DNA of 64,000 nucleotides from a virus: positions 51,145 to 115,144 of IMG/VR virus record IMGVR_UViG_3300020193_000004, one strand, 5' to 3'. Within the stretch, counting starts at the first letter, position 1, and each line of letters starts with the position of its first letter. This document shows positions 54,194 to 62,945 of this stretch, piece after piece. The notes beneath the pieces were generated by a model. That model was not told where the DNA came from. It saw only the letters and a list, made by a program, of their open reading frames with translations, and did not search any database. A program made the translations under genes and the position numbers.

Positions 54194-56332
54194 TTAACCT
54201 CCCACTGCCCGGCTTGCGTCGACCTGCGCACCGGACCGTGGCGTGATGGGGGACTTGAGCGGGTCTAACGGGTTCCGCGCCGAGCCGCTGCTGTTCAGCA
54301 GCTGGATGACCATCTGGTAGAGCTGCGGGCTCTCCATCTGCAGCTTATTGAGCTCCTGGTACATCAGCTGCTCGCCGCCGGGCTGCTGCTTCAGCGTGTT
54401 CATGTAGGCAGCGACACGCTGGGCGACGTAGCGCATGTCGAAGCCGCCCTGTCCCATCTGCAGCGTGGACTCGAGACCCGCCATCGGGGTAGGCCCTCGG
54501 GATGCGTTGGGGGTCGCCGCGTTCTCGTCGTAGAGCGTTGCCCCCTCGGGCACCCCCGGGGTCTGCTGCACGGCGTCCTGCCCAGGTGCACCCGCGGGTG
54601 CACCTGGCGCTGCTCCGGGGGCTGCCTCGGGCTGCTGCGCACCTGCTGCTGGATCGCCAGCTGCGGGAGCACCGCTGGCTGCCGCTGCCGCCGGATCGCC
54701 CGCAGGCGCGGCACCGGGGACCATCCCCATGGCCGCCTGCTCCTGCTGGATGTCCATCTGCGTGGAGGCCTGCGCCTTCATCGTGATCTCGGTCGCCTTG
54801 GCCTGGTACCGCGACGTACGGAGCATTGCGGCGCCCTGGATGTCGGCAGACGCGAGCTGCGTGGCGCGCTGGGTCGTGACCTGCTTCCGCATCTCGGCGG
54901 TGAGCCGCGCCTGCTCGGTGTCGAAGTCCTCGCCGATCTCCTCGAGCAGACGCTGGTCGGAGACCTTGCTCGCCTGGTTGAGCTGGAAGTAGAACATCGC
55001 CCGCTGCAGGTCGTCCGCCATGCGGAACTTCTCGAAGCGGAAGGGGATGCGCGGCCACCCCATGTGGGAGGCGACTTTGTCGATGACAAAGCGCGTGAGG
55101 TTGTACCGCTCCTTGTTGTAGCCCAGGAAGGTGTTTTCGAGAGCGCGCAGCGAGGTATTGGAGCTCGACCACTGCAAGCCGCCGTAGACGAACTCTACGG
55201 GGATGCCTGCGCCCGCCAGCATCGCCTCGGCGTGAATGCGGAACTCCTGGTGCAGGATGAGCGCCTTCGCCTGCCCGCCGATCTGCTGGTACCCGATGTT
55301 CATCGGGAGGATCGGGATGTAGTTATGGTCCCGCTTCCACATCGCCATCTCGACCTCGACCTTCTGCTTCCAGTTGACGAGGTTGTACGCGCCGAAGGGT
55401 CCATCGTTGCCGCCGGTGGTGGGCCCGGGGAAGATGATGCGCAGGGGAACGACGTGTTCGAGAAGCAGACTCTCCTGGGCCTTCTTCATGACCTGCATGT
55501 AGAAGGCGTCCTTGAGGAGCGGGAAGATCAGCGGCATCCCCCAGCCCTGGTCCTTCTGGGCGATGGTGGGGCGCTTCAGGTGGAAGAAGTTGTCGGGGTG
55601 GAACAGGAGCGCGCGGTTCGTGCGCGCCGCCTCGAGGAACTGGTAGGGGAGGGTCTCGATCGTCTCGGGGTCGCCGAGCCGGACATCGTTGACGACGCTC
55701 CTCGGCAGGCGGAAGTAGTACCGGCTGTTGCCGGTGATCTCGTTGTACTTGATCTCGATGTTCTCGGGGTTCCAGCGGACGAGGCGGGCCCCTCGCGCGT
55801 TGCGCGGGTAGTTGTCGGCCTGGTCGGCGTAATCCTCGACAGCGCACTTCGGGCAGTGCAGGTAGAACCGGCCCCCGCGCCACTTGTAGCGGCTCCGGTT
55901 CTTCGAGGCACGCACCCGCTCCTGGCAGTGTCTGCAGATGAGGTACTTCTCCAGCTGGAAGAAGACGCTGGCGAAGGCGTTGCCGTAGACGAAGTAGTCC
56001 AGGCCGATCTCGACCTGGAACTGCCGCAGCTTCAACTGCTCCTCGAGGTCGAGGTACAGCTTCCCGAGCTGGTCGTCGTCTGTCTCCCAGACCAGCGGCG
56101 TCACCGGGTACTCCGCCATCTTCTGGCAGGCGACGTTGATCACCGGGTTCGTGAGGAAGTAGTACCGACACCAGGTGTGCAGCTGGTGGACGTTCTCGGG
56201 GAGGAACTGTTGAGCGACGTCGAAGAACGGAGACGGGTAGCGGACGCCGTACCCGCGGCTCGTCCAGTAGGACGTGGCCTGGCGCGGGGTGAAGCGGCTG
56301 GCGTCGCCGCCGAGGACACCGATGCTCATCAC
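54194..56332 (-). CDS. Portal protein with Zn-finger insertion and low-complexity C-terminal linker
   Basis: CRYYFLTNPVIN..CQKMAEYP; IGLDYFVYGNAF; FFHLKRP....GWG.P; AGIPVEFVYGG. Confidence 0.8.
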   Translation of the reverse strand: MMSIGVLGGDASRFTPRQATSYWTSRGYGVRYPSPFFDVAQQFLPENVHQLHTWCRYYFLTNPVINVACQKMAEYPVTPLVWETDDDQLGKLYLDLEEQLKLRQFQVEIGLDYFVYGNAFASVFFQLEKYLICRHCQERVRASKNRSRYKWRGGRFYLHCPKCAVEDYADQADNYPRNARGARLVRWNPENIEIKYNEITGNSRYYFRLPRSVVNDVRLGDPETIETLPYQFLEAARTNRALLFHPDNFFHLKRPTIAQKDQGWGMPLIFPLLKDAFYMQVMKKAQESLLLEHVVPLRIIFPGPTTGGNDGPFGAYNLVNWKQKVEVEMAMWKRDHNYIPILPMNIGYQQIGGQAKALILHQEFRIHAEAMLAGAGIPVEFVYGGLQWSSSNTSLRALENTFLGYNKERYNLTRFVIDKVASHMGWPRIPFRFEKFRMADDLQRAMFYFQLNQASKVSDQRLLEEIGEDFDTEQARLTAEMRKQVTTQRATQLASADIQGAAMLRTSRYQAKATEITMKAQASTQMDIQQEQAAMGMVPGAAPAGDPAAAAASGAPAAGDPAAGAQQPEAAPGAAPGAPAGAPGQDAVQQTPGVPEGATLYDENAATPNASRGPTPMAGLESTLQMGQGGFDMRYVAQRVAAYMNTLKQQPGGEQLMYQELNKLQMESPQLYQMVIQLLNSSGSARNPLDPLKSPITPRSGAQVDASRAVGG

Positions 56333-56928
56333 GCCCCCCGAGCGACGGGTGTACCGCCAGCGGCAGTCGCTGGGTGCGCGGCGTACATACTGCCCATGCG
56401 CCCGGTCGGGCGCGCGGTGTACATACTGCTCATGCGCCCGATCGCGGCGCCGCCCTGCGGCGCCGTCGGCATCAACTTCCGATCAAGGAACCGTCCCGCG
56501 TGCCGCGTAATCATGTCCGTGCCGAGCCCCGCAGCCATCGCGACCCCGAGCCCGCGAAAAAGACCTCCATGGTTCAACGCGGTCATGCCTGCCACCCCAG
56601 AGGTGACCTTCCCCAGGGCGGTTGCACCGCGCTCGAACACTCCGATGGGCTTGCCGCTCACAGGGTCCGTCTTGGTGCGAAGGGTGTTCGCCGTGTCCCA
56701 TGCCGTGAACGGAACCGCTACGCCCACCCCGATACGCGAGAATGCGTCCCCGTGCAGGAGCTGCTGCTTACCGGCCTGGAAGCCCTCCCGGATTCCGGAA
56801 GGTGTGAACCCACGCAGTGTGAGTTCTCCGGCATCGCGGGCGAAGTTCCCTACGGCGCGGGCGGCGCCGCCCAGCGAGGCGGCCTTGCTGAGTTCTGCGA
56901 AGCAGGTCCTGTAGACGTCAGCGTTCAT
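56329..56928 (-). CDS. Hydrophobic protein with FAELSKAA leader
   Basis: Start MNADVYRTCFAELSKAAS (56928); Gly-rich helices. Confidence 0.65.
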   Translation of the reverse strand: MNADVYRTCFAELSKAASLGGAARAVGNFARDAGELTLRGFTPSGIREGFQAGKQQLLHGDAFSRIGVGVAVPFTAWDTANTLRTKTDPVSGKPIGVFERGATALGKVTSGVAGMTALNHGGLFRGLGVAMAAGLGTDMITRHAGRFLDRKLMPTAPQGGAAIGRMSSMYTARPTGRMGSMYAAHPATAAGGTPVARGA

Positions 56929-57713
56929 GTGAAACCTGCACCAGGCTGGTTGGCGTACTCTATCGCGGCGAGGAGCCGGCTCACGCAGATGTCCGTCTGC
57001 GTCTCCTGCAACGTGCGTCCCGGGTGCTCGGTCAACTCCTTCAGGCGCTTCGCGACTGGGGCCGTGGGGTTCGCCTCGAAGTACTCGATGTTGCTCCCCC
57101 AGCCCTTCGCGAGTCGTTCTGGATCCGGGCGCCAGGCACCGAGCCTGCTGGTGTTGAAGCGGTCGACGCAGACGTCGCACATGCCGTCGTCCACCAGCAC
57201 CTCGGAGACCGTGCCGCAGTCCTTACACCGGTAGCGCAGTCCGCTCGCATGGCGCGTCGCGAAGTCGAGGGGCGGAGGCAGGTACCAGACACCCGCCTGC
57301 AGCGCCTGCGTAGCGACGTACCGCGCGACCTCCTCCGAGAAGGGGACCTGCGACGACAGGCCTCCGAGGTCCTCACGGATCTGCTCCGCCACGCGAACGG
57401 CGCGCATCATCTGCCCGACGGAGAGCTCCTGGTGGTTCTTGAAGTCGGGGACCTGCCCGTTGAGCGCCTGGGTCAGGAAGTGGAAGTGCTCCCAGTTCTG
57501 CCAGAACATGTCGTGCTGCGCGACGGCGGCCCCGGCCAGGGCCAGGCTCATCACGGCCGGCAGGACCTGCACGCCGAGCTCGCGCTCCAGGGTCATCTGG
57601 AGGGCGTCCGGCTCCCAGGTCAGCCAGTCAAGCCCGAAACGCGCAGTGAGACCGCGCATAAGGGCCAGCGGAGATGTAGTTCGATCTCCAAGTAGGGCCT
57701 CGAGCGTCGGCAT
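56925..57713 (-). CDS. Hypothetical protein with Zn finger
   Basis: Start MPTLEAL (57713); CKDC...CDVC. Confidence 0.65.
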   Translation of the reverse strand: MPTLEALLGDRTTSPLALMRGLTARFGLDWLTWEPDALQMTLERELGVQVLPAVMSLALAGAAVAQHDMFWQNWEHFHFLTQALNGQVPDFKNHQELSVGQMMRAVRVAEQIREDLGGLSSQVPFSEEVARYVATQALQAGVWYLPPPLDFATRHASGLRYRCKDCGTVSEVLVDDGMCDVCVDRFNTSRLGAWRPDPERLAKGWGSNIEYFEANPTAPVAKRLKELTEHPGRTLQETQTDICVSRLLAAIEYANQPGAGFT

Positions 57714-57715
57714 GC

Positions 57716-58735
57716 CTACACCTCGCGAGCCATGCGCGACAGGATCACCTTCTGCTCGTGGGGCATGGCCTTGAACGTACCGACCGGGTCCTTCTCGATG
57801 CGGGCACACAGCTCGTCCGTGAAGGTGCCCTTGAGCCGCATCAGGCGGCGCGGGTCGTGAACCATGTCGTAGAGCTCGTTCTCGTTGGTGGCCTCGGCCC
57901 CGTGGTTCCACGAGAAGCTGGCGATCTTGTTGCAGTCGTAGACGCACCGCACGGGGTCAGCCAGCTTCTCGCCGTAGCGGTCTCCGCCGCCCCAGCGCAG
58001 CCCTGCGAGCTCGTCGAGCGCGTACAGCGACTGCACGACGGAGTCGGGCGTGCATGCCTCGGCGATCTTGGCCAAGGTCTGGTACCCCTCGGCCACCTCG
58101 GGGTCGCTCACATAGTCGAGCCGCTCGCGCATGTAGGACGCGAACTTCCCGCTGAGACGCTCACCGGCGTACCGGTAGAAGTGGTCCGGGATCGAGAGCG
58201 GGACGGCCGACGCCGCCTTGGTGAGCTCCAACGCAACCTCGCGCCGCGCGAACGGGTCCATGTCGGCCCACTGCAGCTTCGCGCCAGCGAGCTTCGCGAA
58301 CGGCCCCTCCGACTTCCGCGGAGCGGCCGCCACCTTCGGCGGGTGGTAATGCACGCGCCGTGCATCGACGACGTGGCGCTGGTCCTCCGGGCTCAGCTCA
58401 ATGCTGGCCATCTTCGCGATCTCGGAGGGTACGGGGAGCCCCCAGTCCTGCGCGGCCGCGGCGAGGGTGGTGGCCGCGACCTTGATGGCGGCCGGGTTGA
58501 GGTGCGGTCGCGCGTGCTCGAGGTAGAGCATGGAGACCGCCGTATTCCCGGGATCGAAGCACGCGTACTTCACGTACTCCTTGCCGTCGGTGTCGATGAG
58601 GATGAGCGCACCGTCCCGAGGTCGGAGCGCGCTGGGCTCACGCCAGGCGGCGGTCTTGACCAGCCCCATCTGCATGACCGGCATGGCCGCCTTGAGGAAG
58701 GCGCCGAAGTCGTCGGCAACATCGAGAACACGCAT
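57716..58735 (-). CDS. KxA-motif hypothetical (head-associated) protein
   Basis: Start MRVLDVADD (58735); KTAA, KVAA, KMAS, KLAG, KAAS, KIAE, KIAS. Confidence 0.65.
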   Translation of the reverse strand: MRVLDVADDFGAFLKAAMPVMQMGLVKTAAWREPSALRPRDGALILIDTDGKEYVKYACFDPGNTAVSMLYLEHARPHLNPAAIKVAATTLAAAAQDWGLPVPSEIAKMASIELSPEDQRHVVDARRVHYHPPKVAAAPRKSEGPFAKLAGAKLQWADMDPFARREVALELTKAASAVPLSIPDHFYRYAGERLSGKFASYMRERLDYVSDPEVAEGYQTLAKIAEACTPDSVVQSLYALDELAGLRWGGGDRYGEKLADPVRCVYDCNKIASFSWNHGAEATNENELYDMVHDPRRLMRLKGTFTDELCARIEKDPVGTFKAMPHEQKVILSRMAREV

Positions 58736-58783
58736 CTCTACCTCGACGGAAGGGGTCGATGTGCAGACCGTAACATACCCCGG

Positions 58784-58789
58784 CATAAG
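58784..58789 (+). promoter_or_regulatory. CATAAG candidate promoter element ahead of the replication operon
   Basis: Divergent intergenic gap. Confidence 0.45.
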
Positions 58790-58813
58790 AGAGTCGAACC
58801 AGGAGGGCACTAA

Positions 58814-59287
58814 GTGGCTCGCTATGAAGAAAACACGCTCCGCAGGCCCAGTTGCTTCGGAGATGAACGAGAACACGACGAGAACGACCGCATCTGCCGC
58901 AACTGCCGCTGGCAGGCGACGTGCGCCGTCATCGTCAAGAACAACCTGCGGGACAAGCGGGAGCGGGATAGTCGGCGAGACGATCGGGACGACAGGGATG
59001 ACCGCCGCTCCGCCGGACGAAAGGGCCCGGGGAACAGCATCGCAGTCACGCCGGACCCGGAGAGCTTCGTGGAGCGGAACGACGAGGCGCTGGGTTTCTT
59101 CGAGGCGTTGATGTTCAACGGGGCCCTGGCAGGGATCCGCGCAGGCATGGTCGAGGGTATCTTCGCGATGGACCAGATCCCGCGCGCGCCCTACCGGGAT
59201 CCCTTCAAGCACGTCTTCGAGGAACGGGCACGGAAGCCGAAGCGCAGCACTCGGCACCGCGACGAGGACGAGGAGGAGGAAGATTGA
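58814..59287 (+). CDS. Hypothetical protein, Cys-rich N-terminus and acidic tail
   Basis: AGGAGG RBS; CFG...ICRNCRWQATC. Confidence 0.65.
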   Translation: MARYEENTLRRPSCFGDEREHDENDRICRNCRWQATCAVIVKNNLRDKRERDSRRDDRDDRDDRRSAGRKGPGNSIAVTPDPESFVERNDEALGFFEALMFNGALAGIRAGMVEGIFAMDQIPRAPYRDPFKHVFEERARKPKRSTRHRDEDEEEED

Positions 59288-60726
59288 CGATGCGGCTCCG
59301 CCTGCCCATTCTTGATCCAGACGTGGCCTACATCGGCGCGTCGCTGTTCTTGCCGCGGAGTGCCGTAACGGAGGCGCCGATCGTGCGCGCCCTCACCTTC
59401 GGGATCGAGGCCGGGATGGAGCCCAGGATCCTGGTACGGCGGCACCCGCACCACCTGGAGGTACCGCGCAACTACGTGCGGCGAGTGGACCTGCCTCGGC
59501 TGGGGGTCGACTCGGTAGTCGATCTCCGGCCCCAGACCTTCCGCGCCAGCACCCTGCGTGTGCGGGACTCCTTCGCGTTCAGACCTAACCAGATCCCGGC
59601 GTGGGCTGCGCTGCAGCAGGCCGCCGCGGATGGCCAGGACGGCGTCCTACGCCTCGACACCGGGAAGGGGAAGACCGTGCTGGGGCTCCGCTACGCCTGC
59701 GAGATCGGCGCGCCCGTACTCGTGGTCTCTGCCCAGGAGGCGCACCTGCGGAACTGGGAGCGCGAGCTTCGCGAGCTCTTCCACATGGATGGAGAGGTCG
59801 GTTGGGTGCTCGGAGACCGGCTGGATTATCGGCGAGACGTGGTGTTCTCCACCATCCAGACGCTGGTGAAGCGCGCGGAGGCCGGCAAGCTCCCGCACGA
59901 CTTCCACTCGTACTACGGGCTCACCATCTACGACGAGGTGCACCACCAGGCCGCAGAGTGGTTCGCCCGCGGGTCCGACCTGACGAACGGTCAGCGTCTC
60001 GGGCTGACCGCAACGCTGAAGCGACGGGACCGCTGCGAGGGCATCGTGCTCTACCACATAGGCCCGGTGCTCTACGACGACCCGTCCGATGACTCGCTCG
60101 TGCCAACGGTCTGGCTGCACGAGACGGATACGGTGATAGCCGAGGACGACCCGGACATCTGCGACGTGAAGGGCATGCCGAACGTCTCGAAGCTGCGCGG
60201 GAAGCTGGCGGCGGACGACCAGCGGAACCGCAAGATCGTGGACGTCGTGGTCAGAAGAACTCGTGAAGGGCACAAGGTGTACGTCCTGAGCCACTCGAAG
60301 GCCCACGTCTTCACCCTCGTCGGACTGATCACGGATGAGGGTATCCGGTGCGGCGGGATCACCGGCGACGAGAAGGACGCACAGGAGCGTCTACGTCAGC
60401 TGAACGATTACGACGTAGTGGTCGCGACCCTGCACGTCGGCAAGGAGAACTACAACCGCCCCGCGCTCAGCGCACTGGTCATGACCACCCCGCTCGCGGT
60501 CGACTCTTACGCACCCACTGAGTGGGTGCAGGCGGTGGGGCGCGTGCTCCGACCGCTCCGCGGCAAGCTCGACCCGGTCGTAGACATCTTCTCCGACCGC
60601 GGCGTCAAGCAGAGCTTCGGAATGCTCCGGTCCGTCCTGAAATGGTGCCGAACCTCTGGCTGGAAAATCAAAGGAGACACATGGGACAGCAAACACTCCA
60701 AGGCCCTCCGTACGTGGAAGGCGTAG
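59284..60726 (+). CDS. Superfamily 2 (DExH) helicase
   Basis: DTGKGKT, YDEVH, LTAT, QAVGRVLR. Confidence 0.9.
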   Translation: MTMRLRLPILDPDVAYIGASLFLPRSAVTEAPIVRALTFGIEAGMEPRILVRRHPHHLEVPRNYVRRVDLPRLGVDSVVDLRPQTFRASTLRVRDSFAFRPNQIPAWAALQQAAADGQDGVLRLDTGKGKTVLGLRYACEIGAPVLVVSAQEAHLRNWERELRELFHMDGEVGWVLGDRLDYRRDVVFSTIQTLVKRAEAGKLPHDFHSYYGLTIYDEVHHQAAEWFARGSDLTNGQRLGLTATLKRRDRCEGIVLYHIGPVLYDDPSDDSLVPTVWLHETDTVIAEDDPDICDVKGMPNVSKLRGKLAADDQRNRKIVDVVVRRTREGHKVYVLSHSKAHVFTLVGLITDEGIRCGGITGDEKDAQERLRQLNDYDVVVATLHVGKENYNRPALSALVMTTPLAVDSYAPTEWVQAVGRVLRPLRGKLDPVVDIFSDRGVKQSFGMLRSVLKWCRTSGWKIKGDTWDSKHSKALRTWKA

Positions 60727-61052
60727 CCGGCCTCGTCGGAGTCCGGTCCGACAGGTACTACTACGTTGGCAAGCTCGACCGCGAGGCGCACACCCCGCTC
60801 GCAGCGGAGGAGGGCTACGTCGCGCTCAAGGACGCGTACGAGATCGTCATCCAGCACCGGCCACGTGCGGGCGAGGACCTCGAGATGACGGTGGTCCCGC
60901 TGCCGATCGGGCCGTTCGAGAAGCCCACGAAGGTCGTGGTCCGCGTCGACGCCTACCTCGACCTCAGCCAGTGCAGGAGCATGGTCGAGATCGACCGCGT
61001 CATGACGGGGAGCACCGGGCTGCTCCTGCCGGGAATGGGACCGAGGCGCTGA
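60681..61052 (+). CDS. Hypothetical protein
   Basis: Start MGQQTLQ with AAGGAG RBS. Confidence 0.55.
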   Translation: MGQQTLQGPPYVEGVAGLVGVRSDRYYYVGKLDREAHTPLAAEEGYVALKDAYEIVIQHRPRAGEDLEMTVVPLPIGPFEKPTKVVVRVDAYLDLSQCRSMVEIDRVMTGSTGLLLPGMGPRR

Positions 61053-61053
61053 C

Positions 61054-61797
61054 ATGCCGTTCGAGACCTGCGGCAGGAAGGCCCTCGAGGACCTCTCGGA
61101 CGAGTACGACGCGTGCGAGCGGTGCACGTATCTCAAAGATTCCCGGACCCAGGTCGTGTTCGGGAGCGGGAGCAGCACGGCGCCGATCGTCATGATCGGC
61201 GAGGCGCCGGGCGCGTTGGAGGACGAGGAGGGCGCCGCCTTCCTCGGGGAGTCGGGGCAGCTCCTCATGGACATGCTGCGGAAGGCGTGGCCGGAAGATG
61301 ACGAGCTCAACAACCTCTCACAGATCCAGGAGGACTCCCTGTTCTTCATGAAGCTCCGCGACTACCTCGATCGGTACATCTTCTGGACCAACGCGGTCCT
61401 GTGTCGACCCGAGGAGAACCGCACCCCTACGACGGCCGAGGTCAAGGAGTGCCTCGACCGGCTGCACCGAACCATCTACGCCGTGGACCCGCTCCTGATC
61501 ATCGCTGCCGGCAAGACCGCGGCCACAGCCCTCCTGGGGAAGGCGGTGGCCATCACGGACAAGCGCGGCACGATCTACGACATCAGCATCCCCAGTCCCG
61601 TGACGGGTACGCCCGTCCGCTACCCAATGCTCGTCATCCTGCTTCCGTCGTACCTCCTGCGCGAGGGAGACCAGAAGCTGGTCAAGAGCAAGAAGGGCAA
61701 GACTTACCAGACCATCTGCGACCTGAAGAACGGGTTGCACCTGGTCGACAACCTACACCGGAACGCCTACGGGCGTTCCTTCCTGGAGAAGAGATGA
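61054..61797 (+). CDS. Uracil-DNA glycosylase family 4-like protein
   Basis: CERC..L...R...VFG.G; IGEAPG..E...G..F.G.SG.LL; TNAVLCRP.ENRTP. Confidence 0.85.
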   Translation: MPFETCGRKALEDLSDEYDACERCTYLKDSRTQVVFGSGSSTAPIVMIGEAPGALEDEEGAAFLGESGQLLMDMLRKAWPEDDELNNLSQIQEDSLFFMKLRDYLDRYIFWTNAVLCRPEENRTPTTAEVKECLDRLHRTIYAVDPLLIIAAGKTAATALLGKAVAITDKRGTIYDISIPSPVTGTPVRYPMLVILLPSYLLREGDQKLVKSKKGKTYQTICDLKNGLHLVDNLHRNAYGRSFLEKR

Positions 61798-62270
61798 GCC
61801 GCAGCAATAGCGAGAACGACGAGCCCGCCGACGGCCTCTACCTGCTGGAGCGAGCGGTCGCCGCCCTCGAGAGCCGGAAGAACACCATCATCACCATCAA
61901 GGCGGCGCTCCGCGAGCAGATGCCGGACGTGATCCGGGAGCTGGAAGAGGCCGAGACCGAGCTCCCCGGGCTGCAGGAGGATGTCAAGAAGGCCATCCGC
62001 CCGATGGGCAAGGGTCTGCACATGATCAATGGGCACGCCATCGAGGTGAAGTCGGCGAGTACCACGACCGAGGTCGACGACCTCGGTCTCATCGACCGGG
62101 CCATCGAGGTGGGCGAGATCGACGAGCTCCTCAAGCTCGGTGTTCTCAAGTACAAGGTGGAGCCGCACCAGATCGCGCGCCTCCCCACGAAGCAGCGGAT
62201 CCGGTACGAGACCTACCTGAAGACCAAGACCGGCACCGCGTCGGTGGTCCTCCCGCCCGAGCTCAAGTAG
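61794..62270 (+). CDS. Hypothetical coiled-coil protein
   Basis: Start MSRSNSE, ATGA-coupled. Confidence 0.6.
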   Translation: MSRSNSENDEPADGLYLLERAVAALESRKNTIITIKAALREQMPDVIRELEEAETELPGLQEDVKKAIRPMGKGLHMINGHAIEVKSASTTTEVDDLGLIDRAIEVGEIDELLKLGVLKYKVEPHQIARLPTKQRIRYETYLKTKTGTASVVLPPELK

Positions 62271-62278
62271 GCGCCGCC

Positions 62279-62623
62279 GTGGTCATGCTGGGCGCCGTGC
62301 ACTACACGGTAGTGCACGGCGAGGAACGCCGCTATTTCGACAAGAACATCACCGAGGAGGACGTGCCCATGCCACGTGATAGGCTGGCTGCTCTGGTCGG
62401 CGATGGACAGGCCCGCGTGACCTGCTCCTTCGACCTGAGCGACAAGGACTTCGGCGCCGGCTTCGGCGCGCACTGCACCGTCTCGCTGACGGTCAACCAG
62501 TCGGAGGAAGACGTGGAGCGCGCGTCCGACATCGCCGCGGCTCTGGCGTCCCAGTACACCGAGGACGCCGTGAAGGTCGCCGAGGCGCTCTACCAGGCCG
62601 CCCTCGGCCGGCGGAAGCGGTAG
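62279..62623 (+). CDS. Hypothetical protein
   Basis: Operon-packed ORF. Confidence 0.6.
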   Translation: MVMLGAVHYTVVHGEERRYFDKNITEEDVPMPRDRLAALVGDGQARVTCSFDLSDKDFGAGFGAHCTVSLTVNQSEEDVERASDIAAALASQYTEDAVKVAEALYQAALGRRKR

Positions 62624-62624
62624 C

Positions 62625-62945
62625 ATGCGCGCGGGTGTACGCGTCGAGGTCCAGGTGACGGGCGTGCTCACCCCGCCGGCCCAGCACGGAGCCGGGTTCG
62701 TCGTCCGCTACAACGTCGTGGTGGTGAACGAGACGTTGAAGCAGGTCGACGTGCTGGCTCGAGACCAGGAGACCCTAATCTCGCTTCCCCAGGAGATGGT
62801 GGACGACATGACCGGCCTCATGCACGAGGTTGCCGTGCACATGATGGGCATCGTCGGTCTGGCCACCACCGAAGTCTCTCCCTTGGCCGCCGCCAGCGAG
62901 GATGGGACGCCCACGCAGAACGTCGATGACGACACGGAGCTCTGA
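62625..62945 (+). CDS. Hypothetical protein
   Basis: Operon-packed ORF. Confidence 0.55.
   Translation: MRAGVRVEVQVTGVLTPPAQHGAGFVVRYNVVVVNETLKQVDVLARDQETLISLPQEMVDDMTGLMHEVAVHMMGIVGLATTEVSPLAAASEDGTPTQNVDDDTEL

Noticed and set aside
3195-56914. Many long plus-strand ORFs opposite structural genes (e.g. 3195-5093, 7186-9015, 21475-23661, 55064-56914)
   Set aside because: Antisense shadow frames typical of high-GC coding DNA; no motifs, and they overlap better-supported genes
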